From Chloroflexi bacterium B3_Chlor (GTDB lineage: Bacteria > Chloroflexota > Anaerolineae > UBA7937 > B3-Chlor), in the NCBI GenBank assembly GCA_005223035.1, contig NJBK01000009.1, forward strand, positions 7,613 through 71,612: a DNA stretch of 64,000 nt. The letters run 5' to 3'. A program made the position numbers and the translations under genes. Below, in pieces: positions 1-9,254 of this stretch (its first letter is position 1; each line of letters opens with the position of its first letter). The notes beneath the pieces were generated by a model. The model was not told the origin of the DNA and searched no databases. It worked only from the letters and a program-made list of their open reading frames with translations.

Positions 1-1
1 G

Positions 2-1177
2 GCGGCCCTGGTCTGCGTGGCTCTGTTCCTATTGACGGTGGATCGGACTCTCCTTACTCCTCGCACTTCGAGGGTGGTGGTCGTCTCACCGGCGGACGGC
101 TCTCCCACCTCTGAGGGGGAGACCGTCAGCATCCGGGCGTTGGCGACTGGTCCGAACCTGATCAGGTCCGAGTTGTGGGCTGATGGGGTCCTGGTAGAGA
201 CCATACCCAGTCCGGAGGGCGAAACGATGACGAGCTGGTCGATTACCCATTCCTGGGTGGCTCAAGGGCAGGGGCCGCATCAGTTCTCGGTCAGGGTACA
301 CGATCTATCAGGCAGGATCCTTGCGTCGTCCCCTTCGGTCTTACAGGTGGTCCCGCTAGGTCGCATCGCCTTCGCTACGGATCGTGATGGCAACTACGAG
401 ATCTACACTATGCGCACTGACGGCCATGAGCTGGCTCGTCTCACCAGTGGGCCGGAGCAAGACCGCGAGCCATCGTGCAGCAGAGCTGGTCTGCTACTCT
501 TCGCTTCCACCGCCGTTGGAGCAGGGACGGACATCTGGGTCATGGATCCTGGGTCCGATGAGAGGATCAATCTCACCGCGGCTGTAGGAGGCGATCACTC
601 TCCCCGATGGGCTCCCGATGACGAGATGATCGCGTTCGTGTCTGATCGGTACGGCTCCAGCCAGGTGTATCTCATGGGTCCCGATGGGAGTGGACTTTTC
701 CAGTTGACCGCGCAAGATTCGCCGATTGAGCAGCCAAGTTGGGCCCCTGATGGTTCGACTCTGCTGTATGCAGAGGAGCGAGATGGCAACTGGGACGTTT
801 TCAGCATCTCTGTCGATGAGGGAACGCTTGAGCGTCTGACTGAAGATCCAGCGCAGGATTGGTATCCTGCCTGGTCACCGAGGGGGGATCGGATTGCCTT
901 CGCCTCTGGCCGGCAGGGCAGCCAGCAGATCTATTCCATGGAGGCCGATGGGACAGAGCCGAGGAGACTGACGGCTTTCCCCTCTGGGGCAGAGCAGCCC
1001 CAATGGTCACCCGATGGGGGATGGATAGTCTTTGTAGCCTATATGGGCCGCAGCGAGGGTCTTAGAGCCCGCGAAATCTACATCATGCGCTCGGATGGCA
1101 GCGATCCGATACGTCTCACCGACAACGCGTTCGATGATACGGAGCCAGTCTGGTGTCAGCAGGGTGAAGGATACTGA
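2..1177 (+). CDS. TolB-like beta-propeller protein (PD40/WD40-like repeats) with N-terminal anchor and Ig-like segment; 5' end may lie upstream of the window
   Basis: Frame is open to the window edge (in-frame GTG at 17). Hydrophobic ALFLLTV segment, then >=5 PD40-type repeats: DGNYEIYTMRTDG; SPRWAPDDEMIAFVSDRYGSSQVYLMGPDGSG; PSWAPDGSTLLY; PAWSPRGDRIAFASGRQGSQQIYSMEADG; PQWSPDGGWIVF. Confidence 0.8.
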   Translation, partial: AALVCVALFLLTVDRTLLTPRTSRVVVVSPADGSPTSEGETVSIRALATGPNLIRSELWADGVLVETIPSPEGETMTSWSITHSWVAQGQGPHQFSVRVHDLSGRILASSPSVLQVVPLGRIAFATDRDGNYEIYTMRTDGHELARLTSGPEQDREPSCSRAGLLLFASTAVGAGTDIWVMDPGSDERINLTAAVGGDHSPRWAPDDEMIAFVSDRYGSSQVYLMGPDGSGLFQLTAQDSPIEQPSWAPDGSTLLYAEERDGNWDVFSISVDEGTLERLTEDPAQDWYPAWSPRGDRIAFASGRQGSQQIYSMEADGTEPRRLTAFPSGAEQPQWSPDGGWIVFVAYMGRSEGLRAREIYIMRSDGSDPIRLTDNAFDDTEPVWCQQGEGY

Positions 1178-1511
1178 TACGACCCTGGCAGATCTCAAGG
1201 AGCTGGTCAGGGAGTTCAGGGACCAATGAGACTGGGAGCAGTTCCACACTCCCAAGGATTTGAGCATGTCGATCGGGATCGAGGCCGCAGAACTCTTGGA
1301 AGAGTTCCAGTGGTAGACCCCTTAGAAATCGCAGCAACTGCAAGAAGATGAGGCAAAGCTGACGAGGTGGGGTGAGGAGTTAGCAGACATAATCATCTAT
1401 GCGCTCAGGCTCGCCAACTCCTTGAATGGTGACATAACTACGGCTATGAAAGACAAGCTCGCCAAGAATGCCAGGGAGTATCCGGAGGATGAACAAAGAG
1501 GGGAGTTTTGA
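1164..1511 (+). pseudogene. MazG-like nucleotide pyrophosphohydrolase (dCTPase-type) interrupted by three in-frame stop codons
   Basis: One frame reads ..TLADLKELVREFRDQ*DWEQFHTPKDLSMSIGIEAAELLEEFQW*TP*KSQQLQEDEAKLTRWGEELADIIIYALRLANSLNGDITTAMKDKLAKNAREYPEDEQ. The RDWEQFH-type and EAAELLE motifs are typical of the MazG-like family. Stops are TGA 1227-1229, TAG 1314-1316 and TAG 1323-1325, with no frameshift. It is absent from the ORF track because of the stops. Confidence 0.75.
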
Positions 1512-1540
1512 AAGCTGTGGCGTGGTAGAAGGGGAAGAGT

Positions 1541-2395
1541 GTGAAAATCGGCACTACGTTGATACCGGTGGTGGGTTGGAGCCTGGATGCACAGCAGCCT
1601 GAAGTCGGGAGACGCCGTCACCTGGAGGCGCTCCGAATGTTGACAGAGGAGTACGCGATAGAGGCTGTGGAGTTGAACGGTGACTTCTCAATTCTCTATC
1701 CTCAAGTGTTTGACACCGGATATTATGAGCAGGTGGCCGATCTGCAAAAGGAGTTGGGCTTCGCTTGTACTCTTCACCTACCATTCCTGTGGCAGGACGC
1801 TGCCAGCTTGGCCGAGCCAATACGCCAGGCGACCCTGCAGAGCATAAAGCTGGTCGTGGAGTCGGCCAAGGCCTTACATATCGAGTCGTATGTACTGCAC
1901 TTGTGGGGCGTCTGGACCTCACTGCTTGCTTCTGTTCAGCAGATGGCCCCCCAGGAGAAGCGAGATCTGATGGATGAGATTCTGCGTCGAGCGAGTCATA
2001 GTCTGGAGGAGCTTGCCACCCTCGTCCCTCCTGCGATGGTGTGCGTGGAGAACCTGGGGCGGTTCACCTTTGACCACGTCATCCCTCTGGTGGAACGGCA
2101 CGGGATGAGGATCTGTCTCGACGTGGGTCACTTGACCGTACGTGGAGGCGATCCCCTGGGTTTCCTCACTGAGCATTGGGATCAAATCGGTGAGATCCAT
2201 CTGCATGACGCTGTGCGGCGAGACAAAGCTGCTCCGGGCGCGCGAGATCACTTGCCGCTGGGCCAAGGTATGGTGGACTATGCGGGTCTCATGGATGCAC
2301 TCGATGAAGGAGGCTATGATAAAGTGTTGATCCTCGAAGTGAACACAGAGGCCGACCTCTCGCAGAGCCTGGAGAAGGTGCGTCCATGGTTATGA
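1541..2395 (+). CDS. Sugar phosphate isomerase/epimerase-type TIM-barrel protein (xylose isomerase-like / AP endonuclease 2 fold; CbiR-like phosphodiesterase possible)
   Basis: 284-aa ORF with GTG start after a purine-rich RBS. Family-like motifs: VELNGDF, YVLHLWG, VCVENL, CLDVGHL, IGEIHLHD, VLILEV. Confidence 0.7.
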   Translation: MKIGTTLIPVVGWSLDAQQPEVGRRRHLEALRMLTEEYAIEAVELNGDFSILYPQVFDTGYYEQVADLQKELGFACTLHLPFLWQDAASLAEPIRQATLQSIKLVVESAKALHIESYVLHLWGVWTSLLASVQQMAPQEKRDLMDEILRRASHSLEELATLVPPAMVCVENLGRFTFDHVIPLVERHGMRICLDVGHLTVRGGDPLGFLTEHWDQIGEIHLHDAVRRDKAAPGARDHLPLGQGMVDYAGLMDALDEGGYDKVLILEVNTEADLSQSLEKVRPWL

Positions 2396-3228
2396 ACACG
2401 CCGGTCATAGATTTTCACTTCCACCTAACGACCGCTGACGAGTATACTGATTGGTTCTTGGACTGGCTTCGGAGCTACGCCGGTGAAGGGACTCTCGCGC
2501 ATCTCCGCCGCGTGCTCAGCAGCCCTCAGGCGATGCTGGAGTATCTTGATGGGCAAGGGATAGATTATGCCGTGGCCTTGGCTGAGACTAACCCCCTCAT
2601 AACCGGTACGAGTCCTAACGATCGAGTGGCCGAATTCTGTCGTGCGAGTGAGCGGCTTATACCTTTTGCCAATGTGAATCCCTTCGTCACAGCTGATCTA
2701 GTGAGCGAATTGCGACGGTGCGTGAGCGATTTGGGGTTCCGAGGCTTGAAGCTCTATCCTACCTATCAGCACTTCTACGTCAATGACGTGCGCCTCTACC
2801 CCTTGTATGCTGAGGCACAACGCCTGGAGGTGCCGATAATGTTTCATACTGGCTCCTCGGTGTTTCGGGGTGCCCGTCTCAAGTATGGCGATCCGTTGTG
2901 TCTGGATGATGTGGCAGTGGACTTCCCAGAACTTACCATCGTCATGGCCCACAGCGGGCGGGGCTTCTGGTATGATGCCGCCTTCTTCCTGGCTCAGCTG
3001 CACCCCCGCGTCTACATGGAGATAACGGGCCTACCGCCGCAGAAGCTACACGGCTATTTTCCCAACCTTGAGAAGAATGCCCACAAGATAATCTTTGGCT
3101 CGGACTGGCCTGCAGTGACGGACATAAAAGGCAACGTTGCCGCTATTCGGGGGCTGTCCCTCCAGGAGGAGAGCAAAGCCAGGATCCTGGGAGGCAACGC
3201 CGCTCGCGTGCTGGGAATCCCGACATGA
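2386..3228 (+). CDS. Amidohydrolase-2 family metal-dependent hydrolase (TIM barrel)
   Basis: N-terminal IDFHFHL metal-binding motif, MFHTG, VMAHSG and FGSDWP near the C-terminus. Overlaps the upstream gene by 10 nt and the downstream gene by 4 nt (operon). Confidence 0.8.
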   Translation: MVMNTPVIDFHFHLTTADEYTDWFLDWLRSYAGEGTLAHLRRVLSSPQAMLEYLDGQGIDYAVALAETNPLITGTSPNDRVAEFCRASERLIPFANVNPFVTADLVSELRRCVSDLGFRGLKLYPTYQHFYVNDVRLYPLYAEAQRLEVPIMFHTGSSVFRGARLKYGDPLCLDDVAVDFPELTIVMAHSGRGFWYDAAFFLAQLHPRVYMEITGLPPQKLHGYFPNLEKNAHKIIFGSDWPAVTDIKGNVAAIRGLSLQEESKARILGGNAARVLGIPT

Positions 3229-5015
3229 GAGCACGCAAGGAGAATGCTCTGGAGAGTAAGAGAGCATTGATAGAGGTTGCTCTTGGAAGACGAGAGGCGG
3301 ACCTCTACATTCACAATGGCAATCTGCTAAACGTATATTCCGGTGAGCTCTTGGAGAAGCAAGACATTGCTATCAGTGGAAGACGTGTCGCCTATGTGGG
3401 CCCGCCAGCAGAGAACATCCTTCGCGGAGCGGAGGTCATCGACGCCAGGGGAGCCTACCTGTTGCCTGGCTTCATAGATGCCCATGCCCACGTGGATTTC
3501 TTTGCCAACCCACTGTCTTTGACTCCTCATCTCCTGCTCAGTGGCACAACTTCCGTGATGGCCGATCCTCACGAGGCGGTAGGTGCGCTGGGATCAGCGG
3601 GGTTGGAAATGCTGATCGAGATGACCAGGGATCTGCCTGTGAAGTTCTACTTCAGCGTCCCCGTGGCCACGCCGCCCCTTCCCCAGGTGGAGGGCCAGCC
3701 CATACTGACTCAGACGGAGGTGGAGTCTTTCTTGGTGAGACCGGAGATAAGGGCGATTAGTGAGGTCACTCCGTGGGCAAGGTTGATCTCCTGTGACGCC
3801 GACCTACTCGGGAAATTCGAGCTGGCTCAACGTCACTCGCGGCGCATAGAAGGGCACACCACTGGTGCTTCTTACCGGAAACTAGAGGCATTGGCGGCAG
3901 CAGGACTGACATCCTGCCATGAGGCCATCAGTGCGCGAGAGGCCAGGGAACGTCTGCGGTTGGGCATGTACGTGATGTTGCGTCATGGGTCCATTCGTCG
4001 CGACCTGGAAGACCTTGCAGAGCTGGTGGCTGGCGAAGCTCCTGTGGATGCGCGCAAGGTGATGCTCACGCCCGACTGGATGGATCCTCTGGGAATGCTC
4101 GAACATGGCTACATGGATGGCCTGGTCACCTCGGCTATCGGACAGGGGGTGCCACCCGTGACCGCCATCCAGATGGCTACACTCAATCCAGCCACCTATT
4201 TGGGCCTGGATATGCAGATAGGTGGCTTAGCTCCGGGCAGAATAGCTGACATCCTTCTCGTTGACCAATTGGACGACGTGACGCCAAGGCTCGTCGTGGC
4301 GAATGGTAGGATTGTAGCTCGAGATGGTCAGACGGTGGTGGATATTCCGCCCCTACCCCCCGAGGCGTTGCGAATAGCCTGGCTTCCTCATCGTATCCTC
4401 CCTCGCGCCTTCGACGAGACGGACTTCGATGTGGAGAATCCAGCTTCGGGGGAGACAGCGACTGTGCCGGTGATTGGCATACTGGACAAGACTATCACCA
4501 AACGTCAAGATATGACCCTGCCTGTGGAGGACGGCGTCATCCAGTTGCCCCCGGCTGGCGATGTGCTCAAGGTTGCTCTGTTGAACACCGAACTCCCAGG
4601 CTTCATGATTGTTTTCGTGAGTGGATTTGGTGCCAGGGTAGGGGGGCTCGCCTCCAGCCTGGCCCACGAACCCCACCGTCCTATGGTTATCGGCTGTCAA
4701 GAGGAAGACATGGTACTTGCCTTGCGGCGGATGCAGGAATTGCGCGGAGGGATAGTGCTTGCGCACGAGGGAGAGGTGCTGGCAGAAATACCGCTTCCCA
4801 TTGGCGGCTTGATGTCCGCGGCTTCGCTTGAGGAGCTTGCTGCTCAGATAACGGGAGTGAATCGGACGTTAAGGCGGATGGGGTCTCAGCTAGAGAATCC
4901 GATCTTCACCCTTGGCTTTCTCACCTTCTCTACACTGCCCTGGGTACGGCTCACGCCCAAAGGGGTGTGGGATGTGAAGGAGGGCCGGATAATCTGGCCG
5001 ACTTCAGAGGGTTAA
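3225..5015 (+). CDS. ade: Adenine deaminase-like amidohydrolase
   Basis: 596 aa. N-terminus ADLYIHNGNLLNVYSGELLEKQDIAISGRRVAYVG...VIDARGAYLLPGFIDAHAHV...SGTTSVMADPHE matches adenine deaminase layout, including the long C-terminal domain. Confidence 0.7.
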   Translation: MRARKENALESKRALIEVALGRREADLYIHNGNLLNVYSGELLEKQDIAISGRRVAYVGPPAENILRGAEVIDARGAYLLPGFIDAHAHVDFFANPLSLTPHLLLSGTTSVMADPHEAVGALGSAGLEMLIEMTRDLPVKFYFSVPVATPPLPQVEGQPILTQTEVESFLVRPEIRAISEVTPWARLISCDADLLGKFELAQRHSRRIEGHTTGASYRKLEALAAAGLTSCHEAISAREARERLRLGMYVMLRHGSIRRDLEDLAELVAGEAPVDARKVMLTPDWMDPLGMLEHGYMDGLVTSAIGQGVPPVTAIQMATLNPATYLGLDMQIGGLAPGRIADILLVDQLDDVTPRLVVANGRIVARDGQTVVDIPPLPPEALRIAWLPHRILPRAFDETDFDVENPASGETATVPVIGILDKTITKRQDMTLPVEDGVIQLPPAGDVLKVALLNTELPGFMIVFVSGFGARVGGLASSLAHEPHRPMVIGCQEEDMVLALRRMQELRGGIVLAHEGEVLAEIPLPIGGLMSAASLEELAAQITGVNRTLRRMGSQLENPIFTLGFLTFSTLPWVRLTPKGVWDVKEGRIIWPTSEG

Positions 5016-5375
5016 CTGTCCAGCGGGCCTTGGGGCGGTACCCTTCTCAACGTGTGCCTTGCACTCTATGCAGTGGGTCGTATAGCACAAGGCTTCCAGT
5101 CGCTCAGTGCTGATCTCCCTGCCGCAGATCTCGCATATGCCGTAGGTGCCGTCCTCCATCGAACTCAGCGCGCGAGAGAGTGAATACTGCTTGCTTTCCA
5201 GATTGCGTGGGAGGGCCAGGATCGTTTCTCGCTCATACGCGTGAGGATCGCCTTCCTCAAGATCAGCTTCCAGCTCGCACTTCAACGCTTCTCTCAGGCG
5301 CTGGATCTCGGCCAGAGTTTCGTCCTGCTCTGCCTCAATTGATTCTCTTACCTTGCTCCACTTGTCTTCTGTCAA
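5004..5375 (-). CDS. TraR/DksA-family C4 zinc-finger protein (YteA-like)
   Basis: 123 aa; coiled-coil N-terminus and C-terminal CEICGREISTERLEALCYTTHCIEC (CxxC-x17-CxxC) finger. Confidence 0.8.
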   Translation of the reverse strand: MTEDKWSKVRESIEAEQDETLAEIQRLREALKCELEADLEEGDPHAYERETILALPRNLESKQYSLSRALSSMEDGTYGICEICGREISTERLEALCYTTHCIECKAHVEKGTAPRPAGQLTL

Positions 5376-5597
5376 GTCGTCCTCCTCTTCCCTGCGCAGG
5401 CAAAGAGGGTTCCCGCGGTCCCGGTACGATCAGCGACAACCTCTTCGGTGAGAGCCTGGGGAAAAGAGCCGTTTTATCTATATACTGGATTCTCCCTCAA
5501 ATTTCAAAGGGCCTCAGAGTCCTTTTCTACGCAGAATCTCACCCATCATCGCATAATCTGGCAGAATCTATGTTTTCCGTTCTGCCTCGAGGCGGCT

Positions 5598-5625
5598 TTC
5601 CCATTCAGGTCAGCTCTGGTATAAT
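5598..5625 (+). promoter_or_regulatory. Candidate sigma-70-type promoter of ruvB (TTCCCA-16-TATAAT with TGn extension)
   Basis: ttccca at 5598-5603, tgg + tataat at 5617-5625. RBS ggagagg, then ATG at 5658. Confidence 0.4.
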
Positions 5626-5657
5626 AGGCGATGCGGTATGCCGGTCATGGAGAGGGC

Positions 5658-6686
5658 ATGGTGTCTGAAGAGAGGATTGTCTCTCCGAGAGCGAGAGGCG
5701 AGGACAGGGCCCAGGAGACCAACCTACGTCCGCGCAGTTTAGAGGAATTCATTGGCCAACCCAAGGTCAAGGAGAACGTGCGCATCCTTTTGGAGGCCGC
5801 GCAGGGCAGGGGTGAGGCGCTGGATCACGTCTTGCTGTACGGGCCTCCGGGATTGGGCAAGACTACCTTGGCCTATATCATAGCTCGCGAGATGGATGTG
5901 AGAATCACTGTCACTTCGGGCCCTGCCATTGAACGGGCTGGAGACTTGGCCGCAATAATCACGAACTTGGGTCGGCACGATGTTCTCTTCATAGACGAGG
6001 TGCATAGACTCAGTCGGGTGGTGGAAGAACGACTGTATCCGGCCATGGAAGATTACGCCTTGGACATCGTCATCGGTAAGGGGCCGAGCGCCAAGACAAT
6101 CCATCTTCCGCTGCCTCACATCACCATCGTGGGCGCTACCACTCGTATAGCGCTCTTGACCGCACCACTACGAGAGCGCTTTGGCGTCGTCTACCGTCTT
6201 GATTTCTACGATGATGAGGCCATGAAACGCATAGTGCAGCGTTCTGCAAGGCTACTTGGAGTAGAAGTAGACGAGCGTGGAGTCGAAGAGGTAGCCAAGC
6301 GTGCCCGAGGCACTCCACGCGTGGCCAACCGGCTATTGAGGCGCGTGCGTGACTACGCCCAGGTTCGCGCCGACGGCACCATTACTCGAGACGTGGCTTG
6401 CGAGGCCCTGGGCATGCTGGAGGTAGATTCGTTGGGGCTGGACGACATAGATCGGCGCGTCATCGAGGCGATAATTGTCAAGTTCGATGGTGGACCGGTG
6501 GGCCTTGATACTATCGCTGCGTGCATCAGCGAGGAGGCAGATACGATCATGGATGTTTACGAGCCCTACTTGCTGCAACTAGGCTTCATAGATCGTACCC
6601 CGCGAGGTCGCGTGGCCACCAAGCTGGCCTATGGACACCTGGGCATCCCCTACGACAAGGAACCTCCGCAGCGGCGACTGCTGTGA
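5658..6686 (+). CDS. ruvB: Holliday junction branch migration DNA helicase RuvB
   Basis: [50 protein letters not shown], Walker [31 protein letters not shown]. Start moved to the ATG at 5658 because it has an RBS and sits downstream of the -10 element. Confidence 0.95.
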   Translation: MVSEERIVSPRARGEDRAQETNLRPRSLEEFIGQPKVKENVRILLEAAQGRGEALDHVLLYGPPGLGKTTLAYIIAREMDVRITVTSGPAIERAGDLAAIITNLGRHDVLFIDEVHRLSRVVEERLYPAMEDYALDIVIGKGPSAKTIHLPLPHITIVGATTRIALLTAPLRERFGVVYRLDFYDDEAMKRIVQRSARLLGVEVDERGVEEVAKRARGTPRVANRLLRRVRDYAQVRADGTITRDVACEALGMLEVDSLGLDDIDRRVIEAIIVKFDGGPVGLDTIAACISEEADTIMDVYEPYLLQLGFIDRTPRGRVATKLAYGHLGIPYDKEPPQRRLL

Positions 6687-6704
6687 GCCACCTCAAGGCG
6701 GGAG

Positions 6705-7469
6705 ATGGAGAGGGTACGCGTACTGGATAGCAATGGCAGGGAGCTTTCTCCGTGCCCGTTGAAAAAAGCGCGAAGAATGCTGGCTCAAGGCAGGGCGGCT
6801 CTGGTGCGTGAGGATCCATTGACCATTCAGTTGCCGTATGCAGTACGCCTGCCTCCAGGGCCACAAGTGACAGAGGACGAGAAGCCAGGTAAAGGCAGAA
6901 GTGTTTTGCTGCACATTTGCTGTGGCCCGTGCTCCACCTATTGCATCAACCGCCTCCGTGAGGAGGGTTTCCTCGTTACAGGCTTCTGGTACAACCCCAA
7001 CATACATCCCTTTGCCGAGCATGAGGAGAGGCTTGCTAGTTTCGAGGCTTACGTCCGGTCGGTTGGTCTGCCAGTCATTAGAGAGGATGGCTATGAGATG
7101 CCATTGTTCTTACGGTTGGTGGCCGGTCATGAGGCGCGAGACCAGCGATGTCGACTCTGTTACGAAATGCGATTGATGCGCACGGCCAAGGTGGCTGCCC
7201 GAGAGGGATTCGATGCCATCACCACCACGCTGCTGATCAGTCCGCACCAGAATCAGGATATGCTGCTGGAGATAGGCGAAAAGGTCGCCAGGGAGTACGG
7301 AGTCGAGTTCCATTTCGAGAACTTCCGGCGGGGTTGGTCCGAAAGGGGCCGCCTGACCAGGGAGCATGATCTGTATCGGCAGCAGTATTGCGGCTGCATC
7401 TATAGTGAATGGGAACGATACGCTGGCGAGGACGTCTCCAGCCCGCAATCGGGAGTGAGGGATGTCTAG
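6705..7469 (+). CDS. queH: Epoxyqueuosine reductase QueH (DUF208) with an extra ~60-aa N-terminal RRXRR/PLMP-like domain
   Basis: QueH core: LLHICCGPCSTYCINRLREEGFLVTGFWYNPNIHPFAEHEERL, CRLCYEMRL, TTTLLISPHQN, YRQQYCGCIYSE. N-terminus MERVRVLDSNGRELSPCPLKKARRMLAQGRAALVREDPLTIQL resembles the RRXRR (PF14239) / IscB PLMP domain. Confidence 0.85.
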   Translation: MERVRVLDSNGRELSPCPLKKARRMLAQGRAALVREDPLTIQLPYAVRLPPGPQVTEDEKPGKGRSVLLHICCGPCSTYCINRLREEGFLVTGFWYNPNIHPFAEHEERLASFEAYVRSVGLPVIREDGYEMPLFLRLVAGHEARDQRCRLCYEMRLMRTAKVAAREGFDAITTTLLISPHQNQDMLLEIGEKVAREYGVEFHFENFRRGWSERGRLTREHDLYRQQYCGCIYSEWERYAGEDVSSPQSGVRDV

Positions 7470-9057
7470 CACGGCTACAATGGGGCCACGCAGGGTTCTG
7501 GCGCATCCCTTGACGTACCTTCTGATTGCCTGCCTTATGCTCCTGATGCACGAAGCTCTCTACTACCGCGAGTTAGGCGGCGATGCCGTGGACGATGCCT
7601 ACATCTCCTTTCGCTACGCTCAGAATCTCGTGGTTGGTCAAGGTCTCGTGTTCAACGCGGGGGAGCGGGTTGAGGGATACACAAACTTCTTGTGGACCAT
7701 TGTTCTGGCGTTCTTCATGCGCTGGGGGTTCGAGGTATCCAGGGTCGCGGTCGTCTTGGGCGTCCTTTCCAGTGTGGCCACTCTCTGGCTGGTTCACCAA
7801 TTCTCCAAAGTGATCTCGCTCGGAGACTCTCCGGTACCGATCATCGCGGCACTCTTTCTAGCTGTTGATGGATCCTTTGCCTTATGGGCCGTGAGTGGCA
7901 TGGAAACTTCCCTATTCGCTTTGCTGGTACTTGCCGCAGTGACGGTCTATGTTTGGGAGTGGAAGACCGAGAAGCCTGGTTTCTTCTCCGGAGCTTTGCT
8001 GGCCTTGGCAGCCCTGACCCGACCCGAGGGGGTGCTTGTCGCGGCCGTGGTAGTGATCCATCAAGCTCTTGCGCGGTTGGTGTTGCAGAGACGACTGGTC
8101 GCCGCAGCAGATGTGGTCCGGGCGGCGGCTTTTCTGGCATTGTACCTTCCATATTTCCTCTGGCGCTACTACTACTACGGTTTTCTTCTGCCCAATACTT
8201 TCTATGCCAAGGTCACTGTGAGCGGGAGCGGAGCTCAGCACCAGCGGGGCTTGCGACATGTTAGCACCTTTGCGAGCCTCCATCTGGGCTGGTTGATGCC
8301 GTTGTTGGTTCTCGTCCCGGTGCTGAAGAGGAAGTTCACGTTCTGGCTCACTCTGCTTCTGGCCTGTGTCCTGACCTATGTCGTGTACATTGGGTACGTG
8401 GGTGGCGACTGGTCTGTGGGCCGGTTCTTCGTCCCGATACTGCCGGCCGCGTACATTCTGGTGGCAGCTGGCCTAGTGGAAGCCTACGACAGCTTGCGGG
8501 GTTGGATGGGCAGGATCACGAGTTCTCGCAATGCCGCAGTCTTCCTGGGATGCGTGGCGGCAGCAATGCTGGCAGGTGGATACGTGGCTCTGTTCAACTT
8601 CTCATCCTTAGAGGGGGAGCATGAGCTGTTCGTGGTTCACTTTCAGGCTGCTAGAGCTACCCACGCGCGGGTGGCCATGGGCAAATGGTTGCGCGACAAT
8701 TTGCCTGCAGATACCTTCATCGCCGTGGACGCAGCGGGGCAGATCCCCTACTATTCTGGTCTGCGAACCCTCGATATGTTCGGGGTCAACGATGTGCACA
8801 CCGCACATCTGGACGTTGAAGAAATGGGAGAGGGCGTCCCCGGGCATGAGAAGTTCGATTTCGATTATATCATGTGGCGACGCCCGGACCTGATAATAGC
8901 GTCGGCGCCCTTTCTCGATGGTTCAGATTCTTACGAGCGCATGGATTGGCCCTGGGCGGACGATCCGTCGCTGTATGATTTCCTGTATGTCTATCGCCGA
9001 AAAGGATGGACTGGGTGGAAAACAGTCCAGTGGAGACCGTGGGCAAGCTATTCTTGA
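7462..9057 (+). CDS. Polytopic membrane glycosyltransferase, GT-C fold (arabinofuranosyl/mannosyl-transferase-like)
   Basis: 531 aa with many hydrophobic helices. N-terminal DDAYISFRYAQNLVVGQGLVFNAGERVEGYTNFLW motif recalled from GT-C-type membrane transferases. 8-nt overlap with queH. Confidence 0.5.
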   Translation: MSSTATMGPRRVLAHPLTYLLIACLMLLMHEALYYRELGGDAVDDAYISFRYAQNLVVGQGLVFNAGERVEGYTNFLWTIVLAFFMRWGFEVSRVAVVLGVLSSVATLWLVHQFSKVISLGDSPVPIIAALFLAVDGSFALWAVSGMETSLFALLVLAAVTVYVWEWKTEKPGFFSGALLALAALTRPEGVLVAAVVVIHQALARLVLQRRLVAAADVVRAAAFLALYLPYFLWRYYYYGFLLPNTFYAKVTVSGSGAQHQRGLRHVSTFASLHLGWLMPLLVLVPVLKRKFTFWLTLLLACVLTYVVYIGYVGGDWSVGRFFVPILPAAYILVAAGLVEAYDSLRGWMGRITSSRNAAVFLGCVAAAMLAGGYVALFNFSSLEGEHELFVVHFQAARATHARVAMGKWLRDNLPADTFIAVDAAGQIPYYSGLRTLDMFGVNDVHTAHLDVEEMGEGVPGHEKFDFDYIMWRRPDLIIASAPFLDGSDSYERMDWPWADDPSLYDFLYVYRRKGWTGWKTVQWRPWASYS

Positions 9058-9254
9058 TGGTCGGGGCAATCCTATTGATCCTCGGCTTTCTTCTGACGCT
9101 GTTGGGGAGGGCTCCCTTCATCGGCGAACTCCCTGGTGACATTAGCGTCAAATGGAGAAATGTGACCTGCTATTTTCCGGTGGTGACCAGCATAGTGTTG
9201 AGCATCGTGGTCACGGCAGTTCTGAACCTCATAATCTGGCTCCTGAGAAAGTGA
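9057..9254 (+). CDS. DUF2905 family small membrane protein
   Basis: MVGAILLILGFLLTLLGRAPFIGELPGDISVKWRNVTCYFPVVTSIVLSIVVTAVLNLIIWLL fits the DUF2905 pattern (two TM segments, LPGDI motif). The ATG overlaps the upstream TGA (TGATG). Alternative GTG at 9039. Confidence 0.7.
   Translation: MVGAILLILGFLLTLLGRAPFIGELPGDISVKWRNVTCYFPVVTSIVLSIVVTAVLNLIIWLLRK

Noticed and set aside
1227-1325. In-frame TGA/TAG codons of the MazG-like gene as selenocysteine, pyrrolysine or an alternative genetic code
   Set aside because: TGA, TAG and TAA all terminate well-conserved neighbouring genes at the expected protein ends (for example TGA ends the TolB-like gene at 1175-1177 and TAG ends xerD at 11350-11352). 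No SECIS-like hairpin was noticed after the TGA, and the TGA replaces a conserved Arg rather than Cys.
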